NCBI GenBank assembly: GCA_035307765.1
Contig: DATGHU010000007.1
Coordinates: 28,117 to 92,116 of the forward strand
Direction of reading: 5' to 3'
From: a bacterium
GTDB taxonomy: Bacteria > Sysuimicrobiota > Sysuimicrobiia > Sysuimicrobiales > Segetimicrobiaceae
Length of the DNA: 64,000 nt
In this document: one piece after another, positions 59,013 to 64,000 of the stretch
Numbering within the stretch: position 1 is the first letter of the stretch
Layout of the letters: every line of letters starts with the position of its first letter
Made by a program: the position numbers and the translations under genes
Notes under the pieces: model-generated
Databases searched by the model: none
Seen by the model: only the letters and a program-made list of their open reading frames with translations
Told to the model about the DNA's origin: nothing

Positions 59013-60145
59013 GGCGAGGCGCCGCCTGCGGCCGGCGCGTGGTGTCCCTCCCCTCGGTCCACCCGGTAGGGAGACAGATCCACGCCCGTCCGTCCGGTCG
59101 TGATCAGCTCCGCGATCGCCCTCCCGCCGAGGGGCCCTTGGGTGAACCCCTGCCCACCGAACCCCCCGGCCACAAAGTACCCGTCGAGGCCGGGGACGGC
59201 GCCAAGATACGGACGGCCGTCCGGGGAGATCGGGCGGATCCCTGCCCAGGCTCCGGTGATCGGGGCGGTGGCCAGGGAGGGAATCCGGCGCACCGTGGTC
59301 TCAAGCGCCTGGTCGAGATACCCCCACTCCACGGTGGTCTCGTACGTCTCCCCCACCGTTTGTCCTTGGACCATGATCAGGCCTTCCGCTCTGGTCTTGC
59401 AGTAAAAGTCCTTCTCTTCTTCCATAATAAACGGCCCCCCCGAGGGAAGGACCGTGGCGGGATCGACCACAAAGACCTGCCGCTTTCTCGGGGCGACCGG
59501 AACGGCCACCCCAGTCATCGCCCCAACCTCCCGCGCCCAGGCCCCCGCAGCGTTCACCACGGCCGGGGCATGGATCACCCCGGCCGTGGTCTGCACCAGC
59601 CGGACCCGGCCCCGCTCAGCCTCGACACCCAACACCTGGCACCCCTCTCGGACCTGCACCCCGCGGGCGCGGGCGGCCTCCGCGATGCGCTTGACGGTGG
59701 GCAGTGGTGTGGCCCATGGATCCGCGGCGGAATAGGTCGCCACCGCGACGTCCTCCGTGTAGAGATAGGGGAACCGCCGCTGGATCTCGTCGGGCGTCAG
59801 GAGTTCGACGGACACCCCGACTCGCTGGTGCATCGGGACCAGCGCACGTGCGTCCGCCGCCGCCTGTGGGGAGCACCACAGCAGCAGGCTCCCGTGCTCT
59901 TGAAGATCCGTCCCGAACTCGTCACGAAACCGCTGGTGGATTCGGACGCTCTCCATCTGAAACCTGAGGGCCTCTTCCGACCGCGATTGCAGCACCATCA
60001 TGCCGGCGGCGCGCCCGCTGGCCCCCGCGCCCACGCTGGCGCGTTCAAGCAGCACAACCTCTCGCACGCCGGCTTCAGCCAGGAACAAAGCGGTGGAAGC
60101 ACCCATGATTCCGCCGCCGATGATCACTACGTCGGCTGTCTCCAA
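59009..60145 (-). CDS. FAD-dependent oxidoreductase (DAO family; glycine/sarcosine oxidase- or ThiO-like)
   Basis: VVIIGGGIMGASTA dinucleotide fold; TTG start with GGAGGGAG SD; ATGA-type coupling to tatD. Confidence 0.8.
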   Translation of the reverse strand: METADVVIIGGGIMGASTALFLAEAGVREVVLLERASVGAGASGRAAGMMVLQSRSEEALRFQMESVRIHQRFRDEFGTDLQEHGSLLLWCSPQAAADARALVPMHQRVGVSVELLTPDEIQRRFPYLYTEDVAVATYSAADPWATPLPTVKRIAEAARARGVQVREGCQVLGVEAERGRVRLVQTTAGVIHAPAVVNAAGAWAREVGAMTGVAVPVAPRKRQVFVVDPATVLPSGGPFIMEEEKDFYCKTRAEGLIMVQGQTVGETYETTVEWGYLDQALETTVRRIPSLATAPITGAWAGIRPISPDGRPYLGAVPGLDGYFVAGGFGGQGFTQGPLGGRAIAELITTGRTGVDLSPYRVDRGEGHHAPAAGGASP

Positions 60146-60432
60146 CCCGCTCCCTCCGGGGCGGTGCCTCGGGACTCACCGCCGCTGCCTCGGGTTCTAC
60201 GCCTTGGAGGGGTCTCCTCCGATCGTCACCGCGCGAGCATCCCCCCGCCGCCCGGGGGCACGGCGGGCTTCACACCGTGGTCGGGCGGGCTGTCCCGCGG
60301 GCGGCGCCGACGTGACATCGAACCGCAACCGCCCGCGGCTCATCCGCACCGACGCGGGGAGAAGGTGACCCCTCGCGCGGCGGCCCTCCCGGGAGCGCGA
60401 TGCGCGTCCCGCGAGGGCCGCCCCTATGCGTT

Positions 60433-62061
60433 TTACGTCTTCATCCTGGTGCCGCCGATCGAGGGTCGGACGGAAACCCCACCCGCCGGCCGCGGCGCCG
60501 GCCGGCGCGCCGCCGTCTTGGATGGGCCGGGAGGGACAATGGCAAGCGGCGGCTCCGCCCTCCGCCGGAGCGGGAACGGCGGGGTCGGCACGACGAACCC
60601 TGGGATCGCAAAGTAGCGGGCCTGCCACAGGGGCAGCGGAGGAGACGATCCCGCCAGGGCGATCACCGCCCCGTCGGGCATCCGCGTGAGCTCCTCGGGC
60701 GGCATCAGCGGGCGCACGCGGGGAGAGATCGTGGCGCTCTGGCCCCCGCGGCCACTGGTCGTCAGTGAGACGGTCGGCACCGTCGTCTGCCCCATCCAGG
60801 CGCTGATCGTCCGTGCGGTCTCCAGATCGCCCGCTCGAAACAGAAGCTTCGTCTCGGTGTTGCCGACCAGGGTGCGCGCCTCCACCCGTCCGTAGACCTC
60901 CTCGATCTGGCTCAGGACTTGGACCCCCAGCATCATGCTGATGCCGCGCTCCCGCAGGGTGGGGAGTGCTTCGCTGAGGCCAGGCAGGTAGCCAAATTGG
61001 CGGAATTCATCGAGATAGAATCGTACCGGACACCGCAGCCCGATGCGTTCCGACTGCTCCACCAGGTCGTCCAGCAGGTCAGCGATCAGCCACGCGACAA
61101 TCGGCTGCAGGCGCGAGCCGTCCGTCTCCGGCATCAGGATGTACAGCGCGGAAGGCGTTTGACCGATCTGCCCGAGATCGAAATCGTGCGCCGTCGCTTC
61201 GACCACGAGCGGGTCTGCCCACGGCGCAAGGCGCTCGAGCAGGCCGGTGACCGCGGCTTCCTGGACGCGCCGCTCGCGGGCCGAGAAGATCCCGTGGCGG
61301 TCGCGGACCTCGGTGATGCGGCTTTCCCGGAGGAGCTCCCGCAGGAGCGTCGGGCCGCCCATGGCCAGTCGGTACACCGCCCCGACCGTGTTTCCCCCCG
61401 AGGGGCGGTCCTGCTGCACGTGGAGGAACAGCAGCGTCGCAAGATCGGCGGTCGCCGCGGCATAGACGCGTGCGTCCCCGGAGAGACCGCGCGGCGTCGT
61501 ATTCTGCACGAGCAGCGCGGCCTTCCGTTGAGCCCCCCCGATCGACTCGACCCGAGCGAGTGGATTGTACCCGATGGATCCCTCAAAGAGCGGGCAGAAC
61601 AGGTATGCTCTCGCCCCGTACCGTCCGGCGGTCACGTTCCAGAGGGACCGGGGGCCGGATTTGACGTCCAGCACCACGATGCTCTCGCGCGCGGGATCCC
61701 GCAGGAGCAGGTTGGGTGCGATCGCACCGGCGGTCTTCCCACTCCTCGATGGGCCGACGACGAGCACGTGTCCGGACAGCCGTTCTTCGGTCAGGTACAG
61801 CGGCGTCCGCAGTTCCCCCCACAGGCCGAGAAGAAACGGGCCGGGGGCCATCAAGGCCCCGGCCTCCGCCCGATCCGCCCACCGCCCCACAGCAAGCGGG
61901 CACGGTGCGCCGCCGGACCTCTCGGTGGAGCGGAGCAATCCCGCGAGCACCGCCGCACTGGCGAGGCTCACCCAGAGCATCGGGGCAGAGCGGAGCAGCC
62001 CCATCCAGACGATGAGCAGCATAGCGGGAAGAGCGACGAGCACGAGGCCTCTTCGCGTCAT
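60433..62061 (-). CDS. Type IV secretion coupling protein (VirD4/TraG/TraD family ATPase)
   Basis: N-terminal TM helices, Walker A VVGPSRSGKTAG, Walker B FYLDEF; ATG 62061 with GGGAGGAAGGG SD overlapping upstream stop (ATGA); ORF-track 733-aa extension spurious. Confidence 0.85.
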   Translation of the reverse strand: MTRRGLVLVALPAMLLIVWMGLLRSAPMLWVSLASAAVLAGLLRSTERSGGAPCPLAVGRWADRAEAGALMAPGPFLLGLWGELRTPLYLTEERLSGHVLVVGPSRSGKTAGAIAPNLLLRDPARESIVVLDVKSGPRSLWNVTAGRYGARAYLFCPLFEGSIGYNPLARVESIGGAQRKAALLVQNTTPRGLSGDARVYAAATADLATLLFLHVQQDRPSGGNTVGAVYRLAMGGPTLLRELLRESRITEVRDRHGIFSARERRVQEAAVTGLLERLAPWADPLVVEATAHDFDLGQIGQTPSALYILMPETDGSRLQPIVAWLIADLLDDLVEQSERIGLRCPVRFYLDEFRQFGYLPGLSEALPTLRERGISMMLGVQVLSQIEEVYGRVEARTLVGNTETKLLFRAGDLETARTISAWMGQTTVPTVSLTTSGRGGQSATISPRVRPLMPPEELTRMPDGAVIALAGSSPPLPLWQARYFAIPGFVVPTPPFPLRRRAEPPLAIVPPGPSKTAARRPAPRPAGGVSVRPSIGGTRMKT

Positions 62062-62936
62062 CGGAGCCCTTCCTCCCGCTCCGCCGGTCGGCGGATGCTG
62101 TGTCCTGGGGGGAGGATCCCCCCGGCCAGACCAGGAGGCAGATCTCCAGGCCATGGAGCCGTCTCTCCCCCCACCGAGGCGGCGAGCCCCCCGGCGACCT
62201 CCGCCGCGGTCCCCGCCCACAATCGTTCCACGCCGCACTCGCCGGCCAAATGCGCGGCTTGGGCGGCACGCGCGGTGTCGCTGCAGGCGAACAGCACCCA
62301 GCTCGTCGCGCGGATGTCCCAGAGCGGATCGTCGCGGCGGCGGTCCGCGATTTGGTGAAGGAGCCGGTAGCGGGCGAACTTCGCCCGGAGGGCCAGGGGT
62401 GACATCGTGCCCCGGTCGAGTTCGAGGCAGTACATCCACACACAGCCGCCCGGGGAAGCGATCAGGATCACCGCATCGGACACGAGGTGGGTGTCGCCCA
62501 AGTCCACCTGGGCGTGTTGTGCGCCAAGCCACCGAAAGGCCCCCAGCCGCCCGGTGTGGTGCAGAGCGCACAGATCGCAAAACACCTGGTTGGTCGCAAT
62601 GAGGTGATCGATCTGCAGGGCGGCCACGGCGCACGCTCGGGCCCGGTCTGCCGGCGCCTCGGCGAGCCCCCCCGCCGCGGCGCGGCCGAGGGGGGCGAGG
62701 CCCCAGAATGCGCGCCGGTCGTCGAACGCTCTGTGGGTGAGGCAGGTGAGCAGCCCGTGCCGGCCCAGCAGCGACAGCCGGTGAGAGGCGCTGCGCACGG
62801 AAATCGATGGGTAGCAGACTGCGCGGATCTGCGCCGCGGTCAGGTAGCGCAGCTCATTCAGGATCTCCAGCAGCGCACGATCGCGCGGGGTCAATCGCAT
62901 GATTGCGGCAGCAGGCATCACGGCCATCTCGATCAT
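62058..62936 (-). CDS. Replication-relaxation (Replic_Relax) family protein
   Basis: N-terminal HTH-like LTPRDRALLEILNELRYLTAAQIRAV...RLSLLGRHGLL typical of plasmid/ICE replication-relaxation proteins. Confidence 0.7.
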   Translation of the reverse strand: MIEMAVMPAAAIMRLTPRDRALLEILNELRYLTAAQIRAVCYPSISVRSASHRLSLLGRHGLLTCLTHRAFDDRRAFWGLAPLGRAAAGGLAEAPADRARACAVAALQIDHLIATNQVFCDLCALHHTGRLGAFRWLGAQHAQVDLGDTHLVSDAVILIASPGGCVWMYCLELDRGTMSPLALRAKFARYRLLHQIADRRRDDPLWDIRATSWVLFACSDTARAAQAAHLAGECGVERLWAGTAAEVAGGLAASVGGETAPWPGDLPPGLAGGILPPGHSIRRPAEREEGLR

Positions 62937-62980
62937 CCCCTTTCTCCAACATCAAATACCCCGACCGGCATCCGGTCGAG

Positions 62981-63020
62981 GGTGGTCCCACCTAGAGGTG
63001 GTGACGTCGGGTGGACCTAG
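62981..63020 (-). repeat. GGTGG iteron-like repeats with 15-bp spacing (GGTGGTCCCACC TAGAGGTGGTGACGTCGGGTGGACCTAG) upstream of Replic_Relax gene
   Basis: Seen directly. Confidence 0.3.
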
Positions 63021-63240
63021 AACGAGCAGGCTAGCAAAGGACCAAACCGGTGCGCGGCACTGGGAGGGACGGGTATGTGGCGGACTGCGGGACGACCTTT
63101 ACGCCGGGGCGGATCAGCCGCGAGAATTCCGGGGCTGCCTACCCCGCACGGACGAGGCGTACGGGATCCTCGACGCTTCCGAGGGTGAAGCGCCCCCCGC
63201 GAAAGGCGCCCCGTCCGCGCGGATCAGCAGGGAATCGAGG

Positions 63241-63675
63241 TTAGGAGTCTGCTGAGGCGACCTCGACGTCCTCCATGACGTCGGGCTGAGCATCGTCCGG
63301 CCCATCCGTCGAACCTTCTCTCGTCACTCCCCCGACGGCGTGTTCCCCCTCGCCGCGCGGGCTGTCGAGAAACCAGACCCGGTCACCGACGACCTCGGTG
63401 ACGCGCCGCCGAGAACCGTCTTGGGCCTCGTAGGCGCGAGTCTGCAAACGACCCTCCACCGCCACGAGTCGGCCTCGGGCGCAGTACTGTCCCACCTGCT
63501 CCGCCAGTTTCCGCCAGGCGATGCAGTGAATAAAGTCAGCGTCCCGATCCCCCGCTGAGTTTCTGAAATCTCGGTCGACGGCAATGGTAAACTGCGCCAT
63601 CGGGTGCCCATTGGTCACATACCGCAGTTCCGGATCGCGTGTCAGCCGTCCGATCAGGTGGATGCGGTTCAACAT
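63241..63675 (-). CDS. ssb: Single-stranded DNA-binding protein
   Basis: MLNRIHLIGRLTRDPELRYVTNGHPMAQFTIAVDR OB-fold N-terminus, acidic tail; ATG 63675 with GAAGGAGGTG SD. Confidence 0.9.
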   Translation of the reverse strand: MLNRIHLIGRLTRDPELRYVTNGHPMAQFTIAVDRDFRNSAGDRDADFIHCIAWRKLAEQVGQYCARGRLVAVEGRLQTRAYEAQDGSRRRVTEVVGDRVWFLDSPRGEGEHAVGGVTREGSTDGPDDAQPDVMEDVEVASADS

Positions 63676-63825
63676 CGTGCCACCTCCTTCATGGGTTGCG
63701 TTCCACACCCGTGCTCGTTCGTGCCCTGCGCACTGGGGCTCCACGAAGGGCCGCCCCGCTCCCACCCGCCGCCGCCACTGGCCCGCGACAGGTTCGTCGT
63801 CAATCAGTGGGCCCAGCATACCAGT

Positions 63826-63880
63826 GAGATGTTAAGATGTCAAGATATCAAAATATCTATTACAAATGTTCCCGTCACCT
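63826..63880 (-). promoter_or_regulatory. AT-rich island (GATGTTAAGATGTCAAGATATCAAAATATCTATTACAAATG) upstream of ssb: candidate promoter / oriT-proximal region
   Basis: Local GC far below window average. Confidence 0.25.
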
Positions 63881-64000
63881 GCGCTCCTTCAGCACCGATC
63901 CGAGGAGATCTCCGCACCAGGGGCGGGACGTCGGCCCACCGGGTCCGGGAATTGGAAGGCGGGAGCCCCCGTTTCGGCAGGCGCTGGGACATCTACGGCA

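Larger units (their letters stand above)
60433..64000 (-). mobile_element. Left part of a conjugative/integrative element (T4CP + Replic_Relax + SSB); extends beyond window end
   Basis: Gene content; all co-oriented; iterons and AT-rich island; boundary to core genes somewhere in 60146..60432. Confidence 0.5.

Noticed and set aside
60433-62634. 733-aa ORF-track call and alternative 286-aa frame at 61583..62443
   Set aside because: The N-terminal 191 aa are Arg/Gly/Pro-rich and overlap the Replic_Relax gene. A real start with strong SD lies at 62061.
1-64000. CRISPR arrays or defence islands
   Set aside because: No regularly spaced direct repeats of 25-40 bp seen. No cas, restriction-modification, toxin-antitoxin or abortive-infection-like genes recognised.

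Overview
The window is high-GC (roughly 65-70%) bacterial chromosomal DNA, almost entirely core metabolism, with most genes on the minus strand.

**Gene content, from low to high coordinates**
- 1-6.5 kb: a V/A-type ATP synthase operon, subunits G/H-I-K-E-C-F-A, with the first 41 nt of subunit B at the window edge.
- 6.7-13.8 kb: a membrane-arm-only complex I cluster, nuoA-H-J-K-L-M-N, with no nuoI and no nuoB-G.
- 14-16.6 kb: rapZ, a yvcK-like gene and a DUF360 holin-like membrane protein.
- 16.7-24.2 kb: a TCA block, sdhC-sdhA-sdhB-icd-mdh-sucC-sucD.
- 24.3-30.3 kb: a divergent aspartase-family lyase, an SDH/ClpP-like protease, a PduO-type corrinoid adenosyltransferase, an S9 peptidase and a metallophosphoesterase.
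- 30.3-36.9 kb: a his operon, hisZ-G-D-B-H-A-F-IE, which lacks hisC and has only the dehydratase half of HisB.
- 37-38.8 kb: a CcmH-like gene, a YerC/TrpR-like gene and panE.
- 39-46.6 kb: an ilv-leu operon, ilvB-ilvN-ilvC-leuA-cimA-leuB.
- 46.6-46.9 kb: what reads as a T-box riboswitch leader in front of ilvB, with its own promoter, conserved T-box motif and terminator.
- 47-53 kb: assorted enzymes, namely a methyltransferase, an M20 peptidase, an MtaD-like amidohydrolase, an orphan NMT1-like binding protein and a cytochrome c.
- 53.09-54.3 kb: tRNA-Arg(CCG) followed by a complete IS256-family insertion sequence with imperfect terminal inverted repeats and an 8-bp target duplication. Its transposase appears to carry an in-frame internal deletion.
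- 54.3-60.1 kb: a bactofilin-like exported membrane protein, a GT2, ComB, an M48 peptidase, TatD and a DAO-type oxidoreductase.
- 60.4-64 kb: the start of a conjugative/integrative element, with a VirD4/TraG coupling protein, a replication-relaxation protein, SSB, GGTGG iterons and an AT-rich island. It continues past the window end.

**Most notable observations**
- The T-box leader, with its promoter buried inside a spurious ORF.
- The metallophosphoesterase fused to the 3' end of a his operon that has no recognisable histidinol-phosphate phosphatase.
- A probable CTG start for sucC, 23 nt after the mdh stop.
- The orphan complex I membrane-arm cluster sitting beside the V-ATPase.
- The internally deleted IS with intact ends.
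- The partial conjugative element.

No CRISPR array or recognisable defence system was found. Features I placed from the printed sequence lines rather than the ORF track should be treated as +/-2 nt.
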